Part shown: one piece after another, positions 48,625 through 60,760 of the stretch
Numbering within the stretch: the first letter of the stretch is position 1
How the letters are laid out: each line of letters starts with the position of its first letter
Assembly (NCBI RefSeq): GCF_004010195.1
Contig: NC_057750.1
Location: 15,950,550-16,014,549 of the forward strand
DNA: 64,000 nt
Source of the DNA: Chiloscyllium plagiosum
Lineage: Eukaryota
Reading direction: 5' to 3'
Position numbers and translations under genes: made by a program
The notes under the pieces: model-generated
Seen by the model: the letters and a program-made list of their open reading frames with translations, nothing else
What the model was told of the DNA's origin: nothing
Database searches by the model: none

Positions 48625-51600
48625 GTCGAGTAAAAACAACCTTTTTATCCAACATTTCTCTTTTTATATATTTATATAAAAACAACAACAAATTATCCAA
48701 CAATCTACCAAGGTCAATTTTTCTGAAGGGAAACCTTGGAAACGGAAGGTAGAGGAATGTATCTGTGGATTAACATTTTTTAAAGAAGGATTTTTTTCTT
48801 TCTCATTCTAAATCCTCTTGAAAATTGGTTCGCTGGATTTTATATATATATAAATATCCTTTTCATATATAAAAAGAAGGAACTAAGGGGTGATTTAAGG
48901 CCTAATCGCATGCTTGGGTGGTGGAGTGCAATGTGGCTATGTCTTTAATGCAAAGGAGTTCTTTTTACAGTAGGGCCTATTTCTGTATGCTTATTAATTT
49001 TATTTCATTGATGCTTATTCTTTCCTCTATGGTCCTTTAACAAAATGCAGCCCGGTTAAAGGACATCGGCAATTGACCTTTGAACTTCATTTTTTTTTAC
49101 CCAGCGTCCCCATTGTAAATGGAAAAACATTTATCATTTGTTTTAAACCTGCTTTGAATCTATCTTGATGTGTTTGTGATTTTATTTTAAATATGCATGA
49201 TCAATTTTCAAACATGACTTTGCAATCGCCTCACAAATACAACTACCCAAGTTTTATTCTTTTTTTAACGTGGCTTCAGTTTGATCCTTTCAAAATCTGT
49301 TGTAACCATATTAAAAAAAACCTTCTGTTTGTACAGTATTTGCTGGTCATTGAAACATTCATTCCTTTGTTTGCAAAGAAAAACAAATTACAACTCTTCG
49401 TTAATTTCAATGTCTTCAGTAATGAATGCTAACAGGTCCCTTGCTGTACATTTCTTTTGTAGACGTAATTTTATTCCTGTTATGAAAAAAAAGTTACAGC
49501 GTTGCCATTAGGATATCAATAAAGTGTAATAATGAACATATAAATTTTTAAAAAATATGTCCATACAAACTGAAAACACTCAACAATACAGCTTAGATTT
49601 TACCCTTCCAAATTCAAATTGTTGACTATGGGTTATATAAGTAAATATAGTACTGGTAACATTTGCCACTAATAGAGTAATTTGAGACATTGTCATTTTC
49701 TATCAGCAGGCAGATTAGGACAACATTGAAATGGGGGTCAGTCATTGCAGGTTAAATTCAACTACATTTTCAATATTAGTTATGGATCAAAATGCTGCTA
49801 TGGTTGAACTCTGCCTTTATTGAAAATCACTTATAAACCAAAGTTATTTTATCAATACCCTGGAGTTAAATAACATAGGTAATCCTGATGTTGGCAAAAT
49901 CATTATATGACTTGAAATAGGTCTCATCAAAGAAATTTGAGGTACATGTAGAGTCCATTTATGGGGTAAGTACAAACCTGAAGATTCGATAAATTAAGTT
50001 CATGTGTTAATACTGAATAGCTTAATCTTTTAACCTGGACAGTGTAGTTATGATGTGAACAATGGTCATGATTGTATCAATAACTGTTTTGCTTCAGTAA
50101 TTTATAAAACTCATTGTATTTGGGGTAACATAGAACCTAGCTAGGAGTTTGATTGACATGACAGGATGATAATTTATAAACAATGGATATTTAATGAGGA
50201 TGAGCCACTTTTTTCTTCATAATTTAATTCCCTCTTTCAAATTGAACTTGCTTTTCCCAATTTGGATCATCAAGCCATCGAAGAGCAGGCTTTAGGTATA
50301 TTATTACCAAATTTTACATTAAACTTGAGCATCATTCACATCAACTCATTTGCAAAGTCATGGAATTATGCAAGGAAATTTTGGAATGGGGTTGGGAAAT
50401 TTAGGATCAGTTTGAAAGAGAAAATTAAATAATAAATTGTAGGTAATTCTTGTTAACTGTTTATCTAATTACAAATGACAATCCTGTCATGTTGATCATC
50501 ATCTTGTGATTCATAATTTTAAGAGTTAGCAACAAAGTTTTCTTTCATTGTTCTTCAAGGACAGGATAATCTGGGTTCTTTGAATTGGTGCAGAATATTT
50601 GTTTATCAGGAAGTAGGAAAGATTCTCTCTCATTTATTGAGTTCCTATTTCTGGCAGCGGCAAATGCCAAGCAGTTCAAAAAGTTAGGAAGACTAGTAAC
50701 TCAATCTCATCTTTTAAATGATTTCTGACAGTGCCTTCAGGCTAGATCAGGTAATATTGAAGCTAGGATGCAATGGGAGTTTAAGGAAAAGGAAAGGGGA
50801 ATGATATGAAAGACTGTAAATTATTACATCATTGTTATGACTCCATCTGTTGGACTTATTTACCTAAAAGAATGGTGTTTTCCCAATGGCTCAATTAGTA
50901 AAAGCTTTGAGCTATGTAGATGTGAAGTCTACAGATAGTGAGGATGCTACAGTGCGCCTTAAAGAAGAGAATATCAGATTGATGTTGGAAGGACAATTGT
51001 ATGTGGACATCACCTAAGGAGAGGATTGAGTTCTACTGTTATGTCTGCATTATGGAAAAATCAGCTAACCTTCCCACATGAGTAATAATTCTGCGAAGGA
51101 GATTGAAGGTACTCAGTACCATGTTGCAACTTGAGTATGATGCAATATCTTCAGTAAATGGGATGGGGAGAAAATTCATTTGTACAGTGAAATAAATTGA
51201 GAAAGTTGCATTGTTTGTTTGTGTTGATAGTGAGATTTTGTCGGCAATTTATAAAAATGGTAGAAAATTGTAAATAATTGTAATTGGTTAACATAGCCAT
51301 ATCAAGACTAATTTGTCTCTTCTGTGCCTAGCGGCATATGAGGCATCCTATTTCTTCCACTGCTTCTATATTCAAAAGATCATTGCCTTCTTGAACATTT
51401 CCGGTTTTCCACATGATATGTTGTTAACCTGACCAGAGTGTTTCAGTTGCATGTAAATAGGGATTATGATGATCAGGCGTAAGAGTGCCTGATTGGATGT
51501 TAAATCCAGTTTTCAGAGACTGGTATGTTCTTTCCTGCTCACTAGGACAAAGGCTTATTATATGAAACACTGTAATGCGATACTTTTGAATGCTTTACTG

Positions 51601-52319
51601 CATTTGCATCTAGACTTTTCACAGCCTTCTAGATTAATGGTGGTTGTGGAAGAGTTCTGGCTAATAATTGCGGAAAACTACCATTCTCTCTAGACTGGTG
51701 CTTTTTTGAAAGACACCTAATTCCTGGTGTCAATAGAATGCTCCTTTGCCCCATTTAGATGGAATTGAAATGTTCAGCTTCTTGAACCTTGGTTACGACA
51801 CTCACTACTGTGGCAGTTTTGTTCACCATGTTATTACATAGGTGTGTGGATAATGGAGAGGATGCAGAGGATTTACAAGGATAATATAAATATATGGGTG
51901 TTCATATCAGGGAAAGATTGACAAGCAGGGTCATTTCTCTGGATGGAAAAATAGGGCAGTGGCCTTACGGAGGTCTTTAAAATGATGAAAGGTTTTGATA
52001 GCATGCATATGGGGAAGATGTTTAATCTTGCGGGGAAGAAACTATATGCCATCAATTAAGATAGTTGCCATGAAATCCAGTAGACAATTCAGAAGAAACT
52101 ACCCAAGGATTGGTAAGAATGTAGTTTAAGGGAATAGTTGAATTGAATGATATAAATGCAATTAAGAGTATTTGAGACAAGTATATGCTGGGAAAGAGAG
52201 CGATTGGCCTATTTTTATGCACTATATACTCCATAATTCTATTTATGCAAATACAAGCTACGTAGGTCTCCAGATTTTCCAGAAACTAAAAAATATATTA
52301 ATTTATTTGGGAAAATGAT

Positions 52320-52690
52320 AGCACAGTCATAATGCCATTGGAGCAGTAATCCAGAAACCCAGGCCTAAGATCTGGGGGGTGTATTCAAGTGCTATCAGGC
52401 ACCTGGTGGAACTTGAATGCAATTGACAAGTCTGAAATATAAAGCTAGTCTCAGTAATGATGATCGTGTTGACTATCATGGATTGTTTTAAAAAAAAATC
52501 TAGTTCACTAGCATCATTTTAGGAATAGAAATCTATTGTCTTTATCCTGGCTGGCCTACTTATGACTCCAGATCAAAGTTATGTGATTGATTCTTAACAG
52601 TCCTCTTCAAATGGCCTAGCAAGCTACTTAGGTAAAGGCGATTAAGGATGGGCAACAAATACTGGCCTTACTGCCAACACTCTATGAAAG
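52320..52690 (+). mobile_element. Old SINE with LINE-derived tail
   Basis: Ends aaggatgggcaacaaatactggcc like the 9940-family tail; related copy on - strand at 63410-63805. Confidence 0.55.
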
Positions 52691-52971
52691 AATATATTGT
52701 TAAAAAAAATTGTTTAGCTGTAGTTTTTGAAGATAAGCCAGAAGTGCTGATTTTATTTTGCGATGTTTTGGTGTGAAGATTGTCTGAGTTCCTTCATTTT
52801 GAAAATACACATTGCTCATGAGGCAGCTAGCAACAACCCGAAATGTTTGAAATTCTATATCAAAATCCTCAGTCGTGTCACTAAAGATTTTCCCGCATGT
52901 GTGCTGCTAGCGCGCTGAATATGTATTCCTTAGTCCTTTTAGTTTTCAGTCTTAAAAAAAAAAATTCCTGT

Positions 52972-53195
52972 CATAGAGTCATAGAGATGTACAGTATGGA
53001 AACAGACCCTTCGGTCCAACCCGTCCATGCCGACCAGATATCCCAACCCAATCTAGTCCCACCTGCCAGCACCCGACCCATATCCCTCCAAACCCTTCCT
53101 ATTCATATACCCATCCAAATGCCTCTTAAATGTTGCAATTGTACCAGCCTCCACCACTTCTTCTGGCAGCTCATTCCATACATGTACCATCCTCT
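52972..53195 (-). mobile_element. Young CR1 3' end
   Basis: Nearly identical to 1294-1515. Confidence 0.9.
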
Positions 53196-54429
53196 GCTTG
53201 TTCATTTTTAATATACTCATACTCATATATATAGACCATACTGTTCCTGTTTAAAGTGGGATGTTTACCTCTTTTATATCAGAATTGGGAAGCTGGTACG
53301 TTGGATGTAAGATGTTCTCTGACTATTTGTCACTATTTTAAGGTCCTCATATACCATTCACTGTCTCTGAAGATGGACAGGACAGTTATCAGATTTCTGT
53401 TAGTATCACTGTAAAACTAGTACTGGGAGGCACATAAAATCTGATTTCTTTTCCCAAAAGAATTCTTTTGGGATAGAGCTTGTTTCTACTCAGCATTGTT
53501 CCAGTCCAGTCTCTGTTTAAGTTCACCATAAGTGAAATTCTTCTAGTCTCCTAACAAAGTCCTGATTTCTTTTTAAGCTATAAATTTATATAAAATGTAG
53601 TGAATGATGTAAAGGTTTAGGTGTTAAGTCGACTGAAAAATCAACAGCTTGCTTTTATATTAGCACCTTTAGCTAAAGCACCCAACACTTTATACATGAC
53701 AATAATTATCCAAAAAATTGACACTGAGCTAAAGAATAGGTTTTTGGGACAGATTACTAGAAGCTTGTCCAAGAACCAGATGTTTGAAATGCTTCCGAAT
53801 AAAGAGCTGGAGAGTGTTTAGGTAGGAATGTCAGAGTTTAGGCCTTAGATGGCTGAGTTCACAGCCACCAATGATGGGATGTGAAAGTGGGTACTGTGTA
53901 TAAGGGTAGGTTTGAGATAATGCAAAGATCTTTCCGATATTAGTAGACATTGACCTATAGACGCCAATTTAAAGAGGTTTTAAAAAGTTCGAAGTGTTGT
54001 TTTCCTAATATATAGTCAGCAAAGTTGCATGCTGTTTCTTTATTGAGCAGTACAAGCCAGGAGGCTGTGAGGTTTGACATTAGTTTTTTGTTTTGGGTTG
54101 TTTGATTTTCGCACCAGCAGTGCTTCACTTGGCTTTAATTTTCCAGAGCCAGGGAAGGAACGGGTCAAATGAGGTTCACTTTCCTAAATGCAGTTTAATA
54201 GTTGATAGTGGAAAATTTGCTGATATCAGGTGAAGCTGGGTTGGCAAATGGTGTCACAGGTTGTAGAATTGCTTGTTAACTTTCCATGTCTAGGCTTCCA
54301 TAAAGAACCACCACTTGGTTAATGTATTAGAGGGTGACCAAATATATTTCAACTCCATCAGGAGTAGAGAAAATTACCTCAGGTATGTTCTCATTTAAAA
54401 TTATCAGACGAAAGTTAGCAGGGAGATTT

Positions 54430-54863
54430 TGAGCTGTATTGATAGGCTGCATAGACTGGGGCTATTTTCCCTGGAGCATTGGAGGCTGAGGGATGATGTA
54501 ATAGAGTTTTAAAAATTCATAAGGAGCATGGATAGGATACATAGACGAGGTATCTTCCCTGCAGTGGAGGCATCTAAAACTAGAGGGTGTAGGTTTAAGG
54601 TGAAAGGGGAAAGATTTAAAAGGGACTTAAGGGGCAACTTTTCACACAGAGTGTGGTGCATGTATGGAATGAGCTACCAGAGGAAGTGGTGGAGGCGAGT
54701 ACAATTACAGCATTTAAAAGGCATCTGGATGGGTATATGAATAGGAAGGGTTTAAGAGGGATGTGGGCCAAATGCTGGCAAATGGGACCAGATTTATTTA
54801 GGAATCTGGTTGGCATGGACAGATTGGACTGAAGGGTTGTTTGTGTGCTGTATGACTCTATGA
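54430..54863 (+). mobile_element. CR1 3' fragment
   Basis: ORF 54528-54740 KTRGCRFKVKGERFKRDLRGNF; tail tatgactctatgac. Confidence 0.85.
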
Positions 54864-56965
54864 CAATGAACAATTGCCATTTTAGTGATACAATAAATTT
54901 GAACGAAGCTGCTTGATGTTTAATAATAAATGCATGCAAATAGTTTCAATTTTAAGTGTTAACTGTGTATGTTTCATAATGGCATAATTAAACTTACAAA
55001 GGCATGTTTGTTAAAGACATAAATGATGGAAGGTACACTGCTTGACAGTCAACGTTTGACAAAAAAATGTTAAAGTTTTGTGCAGCATCCTCTGTCAGAA
55101 CTGTTATGGTGTTTGGGAGAGAACTGCGGCCTGACAATTTGCAGTTGGTTTTCACCAAGAAGCAGCTAATGGATGTTAGAGCTTTTATAGAGACTTCAGT
55201 TGAAGGAAAAAGGTATGAAAGTCTGAACATTAGGTAGAAACCTTGTTCAGGCAAATGAGACTGGGAGTGCATTACCATGTCTCTCTCTCGTACCCATCGA
55301 AGCAACTGCACAGAAAATGGAAGTATCTAGGATAGGAAATTGTGTGGCCTTTAACTTTATACTTAAATGTTAGTTACTTACCCAATATCATATAGGTTCT
55401 TTATTATACCGTAACTAAGTGATACGAAACATTGCAGTGAGTCAGTGTCATAGGTGGAGGAAAAAATACCACATCCAAGTTTGATCTTCGCTATCACCAA
55501 TGTGTGTCGACTGCCCCAGATGTTTTGTGATGATCAAGAACAGTTTCACTAGCTTCTTGTTCATTCTTCAGCACAGTGAAACGAAGGTTTAAAAAATTCA
55601 TAATATTACATAATTCATCAATATTGCTGTTGGCTGAGACCTAACTCAACAGAGACTAGAGATCACTTCTGTTTATGGCAAATATTTTCTTTGGGTAGTA
55701 TTTTTGACTTATTATTAGATCTTGTTATGATTTAAAAAGTTATATTTTTGAATTTGTACCTTCAAAAACTTGCATTACTACTTTGTGAATTCCACATTGA
55801 TTCCATATAAAAACAAAAGGCATGTAAACTGCATTATATAAGTCATTGATTGCTTACATTTGCCTTTCGGTTTTTTGCTATAAAAACAACTTCGTAGATG
55901 TGCAATTTTTAAAGCAGAAAAAGGTAATGTTTGAATTTTGCTTTATTGTTTAATTTCCTAAGTTTTAATTCTTACCTCGTTACCTGTTCTTAGCAAACCA
56001 GTAATACAAAGTAAAATGCCAGAAATGTGAAAACACTTTTCCCTCTGACTTTCTTCCATTTCTGAGCCATTGATTCTTTCTTGCTGGAGTCCAATCTCTT
56101 GATGGATCTTACTGTGAATGTGTAGGCGTGATGGAAGTTTAATGTTGGAGAAAGCCATAGCCCTTGTTGCTGCTTGTTTTCGCCAATCATCAGCACATAC
56201 TTTCCTTTAGGGATGTGTTCAGGGTGGAAACTCTTTCTTCAGAATTGGGAACTAAAGCCAGCATGCAGCATTAGTATATGAACTGTGTTTGAGTTCAATT
56301 AGCTTCACCACAGACCAAATCTTGGAACCTCGTTGGTGTACTTGCCGCAAGTATTGACTACCTCAGTGTTGATTCATTGGGATAGCTCTACTTTTGTGGT
56401 GTCATACCACTATTGCCATTCTACAAATCAGAAGGTTCAACATCAACCTTCAGTCTGTGCCAAGCTCACTACTTTCAATCAAGACGTTGATGTCCTACAA
56501 TTGATCTGAGTCCTTGTGAGGTTAGAAAGGGAGAAAGTTATTCTGAATTCAGGTGAGGACAGGAATAACTTTCTTGTGTTACCACTTAGGATTCTCACAA
56601 AAAATGTAGCTGCTGAAAATACAGAAATTCAAAGGAGTCCTCAATTTCACATATGCTGCCTCAATATAGTGAAACAACAATTGAATTTCACTGTCTGGTC
56701 TCATGAGTGACCAATAACCAGTATTTTGAGGTAGTACAGGGCTCTTGAGACATGTGGAACCCAACCCCCAAAGCATTACTGGCATAATTGGAATTGGAAG
56801 TATTGCTTCCATAGCAATGTTGTTTATTCATATGATTAATGAAATTGTTCTTTAAAGTTACAGTCAATTTAACTCGTTGGGAGATTATCAAACTGAGCTA
56901 TGAGTATGTTGCTATTTCTGAGTCAGGTTCTTGATAGAATTACAATGCTATTTCACTTTAGCTTG

Positions 56966-57135
56966 ACGTTAAAACTCACACAATACTAGGTTATATTCTA
57001 ACAGGTTTATTTAGAAGCACTAGCTTTTGGAATGCGGCTGATGGAGAGCAGAGTTCTGAAAGCTAGTGCTTCCAAATAAGCCTGTTGGATTATAACCTGT
57101 CCACCCCAGTCCAACGCCGGAACCTCCACATGATG
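56966..57135. mobile_element. Decayed palindromic Penelope-derived element (13047 family)
   Basis: aggttata..aacaggtttatttagaagcactagc / gctagtgcttccaaataagcctgttggattataacct inverted arms; hammerhead core eroded. Confidence 0.75.
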
Positions 57136-57369
57136 GCTACTTTAGCTTGGACAGTGAAGTTTGCATCCTGCTTTTGGCTCTGTACTCAGTGGAACTGGGT
57201 GGTGGTCAGTTCTGATCCCAACAAAGAACAAATGATTTATTGTTTTCATTCGCTGGATTATAACTGGCATCATAAAGTCATTCTAGGATTTTTTTGCTTA
57301 ATTGCTAATTAATCACTTTTGTCTCTACTGCCAATTTCTGCCTTTGATGATTCATTTCTGGTAATGTAG

Positions 57370-57604
57370 GGAAGAAGGAGAACTGGAAGAAGGAGAATTA
57401 GAAGATGATGGTGAGGAAGTCGAAGCTCAAGATGAGTCCCAGGAGAAAATTAAAGACAAATGTGAAAAGCAGGAACGGGATCATGAGGATGATGAGAAAG
57501 ATAAGGATAAGGACAAATCCCATCGTAGGATGAAGAGAAAACGAAAAAAAGAAAGAGAAAAAGAAAAGAAGAGGTCGAAAAAGAAACGGAAATCAAAGCA
57601 CAAG
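57370..57604 (+). CDS. ZC3H4: ZC3H4 coding exon 2
   Basis: tag|G...AAG|gtaatc; EEGELEEGELEDDG...KSHRRMKRKRKKEREKEKKRSKKKRKSKHK matches the ZC3H4 N-terminus as I recall it. Confidence 0.93.
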
Positions 57605-57649
57605 GTAATCAGCCCTAATATTCAATATCAACTGAACTTACATACATGC

Positions 57650-58335
57650 AATGCTCAAGTTAAGATAGATGCACAGCTATGTCTCAGGTTAACAATATTG
57701 GCTGGGAGTCAAAGGTTGACATGGCAGTGAAGAACGCTTTTGGCACACTGACCTTCATCAGTTAGGGCATTGAGTATTATAGAAAGTTGTACAGGACTTT
57801 GGTGAGGCTGCACTGAGGAGTATTGTGTTCAGTTTTGGTCATCTTGCTCTAGGAACGATGTTATTAGACTGGAAAGAGCGCAGAGGAAATTTACAAGGAT
57901 GTTGCCAGGACTCAAGGGTCTGAGTTATAGGGAGAGGTTGGATGTTTTTCTTTAGCATGTAGGAGATCTTATGGAAGTGTTTAAGATCATGAGAGGTGTG
58001 GATAGGGTGAATGCACTTAATATTGTTCCCAGGGTTGGGGAAATCGAGGACTCTAAGGCATCTGTTTAAGGTAAAGAATAAATGGGAACCTGAGGGGCAA
58101 CTTTTTACAAGAGGGTGTTACATATATGGAATGAGCTGCCAGCGGGAGTGGTTGAGGCGTGTACATTAACAACATTTAAAAGGCACTTGGACAAATGCAT
58201 GGATAGAAAAGGTTTAGAAGGATATATGCCAAGTGCAGGGAAATGGGCTTAGCGTGGATAGATATTTTGATTGGCGTGGGCCAGTTTGGGCTGAAGGGCC
58301 TGTCCCCGTGTTGTAGGATTGTATGATTCTATAAC
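57650..58335 (+). mobile_element. CR1 3' fragment
   Basis: gagtattgtgttcagttttggtc, aggatgttgccagg, tggaatgagctgccagc, 3' UTR. Confidence 0.85.
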
Positions 58336-58474
58336 ATCAAGTAATGTTGCAAACGTATAAAACGTTTGGGGTATTGTGCAGTCTCCACACCACACTGTAG
58401 GAAGGATCTGAGGCTTTTGACAGGGTGAAAAAGAAATTGACCAGAATCAAAATTGAAAGAGCCTCGCATGCTGT

Positions 58475-59985
58475 AAATCAGAACCAAAAATAGAGATTGC
58501 TGGAAAAGCTCAGCAGGTCTGGCAGCACCGGTGGAGAGAAATCAGAGTTAATGTTTCGTGTCAAGTGACCATTCCTTAGAACTGGTAGTAGCTTGGAAAA
58601 TGTCAGTTTAAATGCAGAAGCTATGATGAGGGGGAGGGCATAAGGAGTAAATATCCACTGTAAACCCACCGACCCCCACAGTTACCTGGACTATATATCC
58701 TCACATCCTGCTTCCTGTAAAGTATCTATTCCATTCTCCCATTTCCTCTGTCTCTGTCACATTTGATCCGATGATGACAACTTTGACAAGGGAGCCTCTG
58801 AAATGTCCACCTTCTTCCTCAAGAGAGGATTCCTCAGCACTGTTGTTGACCTTGCCCTCAGCCGGGTCAGATACCTGCACTTCAGCCCTCACCACTCCCT
58901 TCCCTCCCGCAACAGCGATAGGGTCCCTGTTGTCCTTACCTACCATACCACCAGTATCCACACCCAAAGGATCATTAACTGCCATTTCCACCACCTCCAC
59001 TGAGATGCTACCACCAGACACATAACCCCCTTCCTTCCCTTGCCAGCCTTCCGCTGATCCCTCCAGGACGGCCTGGTTCACTCTTTCTTCACTCCCAACA
59101 CCTCCACCACAGCTTCATGGCATCTTCCGCTGCAACTACAGAAAACGTGACACTTATCCATTTACTTCCACCCTTCTCAGTATTCGAGGGCCCAAACACA
59201 CATTGCAGGTGAAGCAGCACTTTACCTGCACTTGACCCAACCTTGTGAAAGTGAGTACTGCTGGAACCCTGATGAAGGTCTTTTGCCCGAAATGTCGATT
59301 TTCCTGCTCCTCAGATGCTGCCTGACCTGCTGTGCTTTTCCAGCACCACTCTAATCTTGACACAATCTAGTCTACTGCACTAGCTGCTCACATTGGGGAA
59401 ACAAAGCATACACTGGGTGACTGCTTCGCAGAACACTTGCATTCTGTCTGCAAAAAAGATCTTTCAGTTGCCTGCCACTTTAACACGCCACCGTGTTCTC
59501 TGGCCAACATGTCTGTCTCAGGCTTGCTGCAGTGCTCCAGTGAAGCTCAGTGCAAACTGGAAGATCAGCACCTCATTTTCTACTTGGGGACCCTGCAGCC
59601 CTCTGGAATCAGTATAGAGTTCAACAACTTAAGGACTTGAGCTCTCCCATGACCTTACCCCAAACCCCACACACCAGGCCTTGTTATCACTTAGTCTGCT
59701 ACTATACAGCCATTGTTATCCGTTAACAATCTCTATTAATAGCTATTCACCCTCCTAGCTAGATCGTTATCCACTCCTTTGTCTGTCCAACTGTTCTTTT
59801 GTCTCTTTGGGCTCTATCCCCACCTATCATTTATTCCTTACCCCCGCCCCCCACTCTGTCTTTTGCATATAAACTGACATTTTCCCAGCTACTATCAGTT
59901 CTGAGGAAGAGTCACTAAACCCGAAACATTAACTCTGATTCTTCTCCAAAATGCTGCTAGACCGGCTGAGGTTTTCCAGCAATCC
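58475..59985 (+). mobile_element. Old Penelope element (RT C-terminus/GIY-YIG) with inverted 5' end and a nested short element
   Basis: MSTFFLKRGF...DRVPVVLTYH, VACHFN...EDQHLIFYLGTLQPSG; inverted 3' copy 58475-58650; nested element about 59245-59360; decayed hammerheads near 59269 and 59900. Confidence 0.8.
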
Positions 59986-60440
59986 CAAGTTTATGAGAAT
60001 GTTGCCTGGAATAGCGGTGTACAACCTATAAGGAGAGTTTAGACAAACTTGGATTGTTTTAGCTAGACTATCAGATGCTGAAGAGCGATCTGACAGACGT
60101 GTATAAAATTATGAAAGGTGTGGATAAGGTGGATAGTTGGTGTCTCTTTCTCATGGTGAACATGTCACATTCTAGGTTTAAGATGAGAAGGTAAAAATTT
60201 AAAGGAGAAGTGAGAGGAATGTTTTTTACACAGGATAATAGGTGCCTGCAATGCACTGCTAGGGAAGGTGGAGAAGCAGAGACAATAACAATGTTTCGTT
60301 GGCATTTTGACAGAATAGAGGGATATGGACCATGTGCAGGCAGGCGAGATTAGTTTAGAATAGACTCATGTTCGGCACATATGGTGGGCTGAAGGGCCTG
60401 ATCTGGTGCTGCGCTGTTATATGTAACTTGGATGTTTTTT

Positions 60441-60760
60441 TTTAGATTAGATTACTTACAGTGTGGAAACAGGCCCTTCGGCCCAACAAGTCCACACCGA
60501 CCCGCCGAAGCGCACCCACCCATACCCATTCCCCTACATTTACCCCTGCATCTAACACTACGGGCAATTTAGCGTGGCCAGTTCACCTAACCTGCACATT
60601 TTTGGGCTGTGGGAGGAAACCGGAGCACCCGGAGGAAACCCACGCAGACACGGGGAGAATGTGCAAACTCCACACAGTCAGTCGCCTGAGGCGGGAACTG
60701 AACCCGGGTCTCTGGCGCTGTGAGGCAGCAGTGCTAACCACTGTGCCACCGTGCCGCCCA
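60441..60760 (-). mobile_element. Full-length tRNA-derived HE1-type V-SINE
   Basis: GGGCGGCACGGTGGCACAGTGG (A box)...GGGTTCAGTTCCC (B box); V-domain tgtgtggagtttgcacattctccccgtgtctgcgtgggtttcctccggg; CR1-like tail gggccgaagggcctgtt and (aatct)n. Confidence 0.9.
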
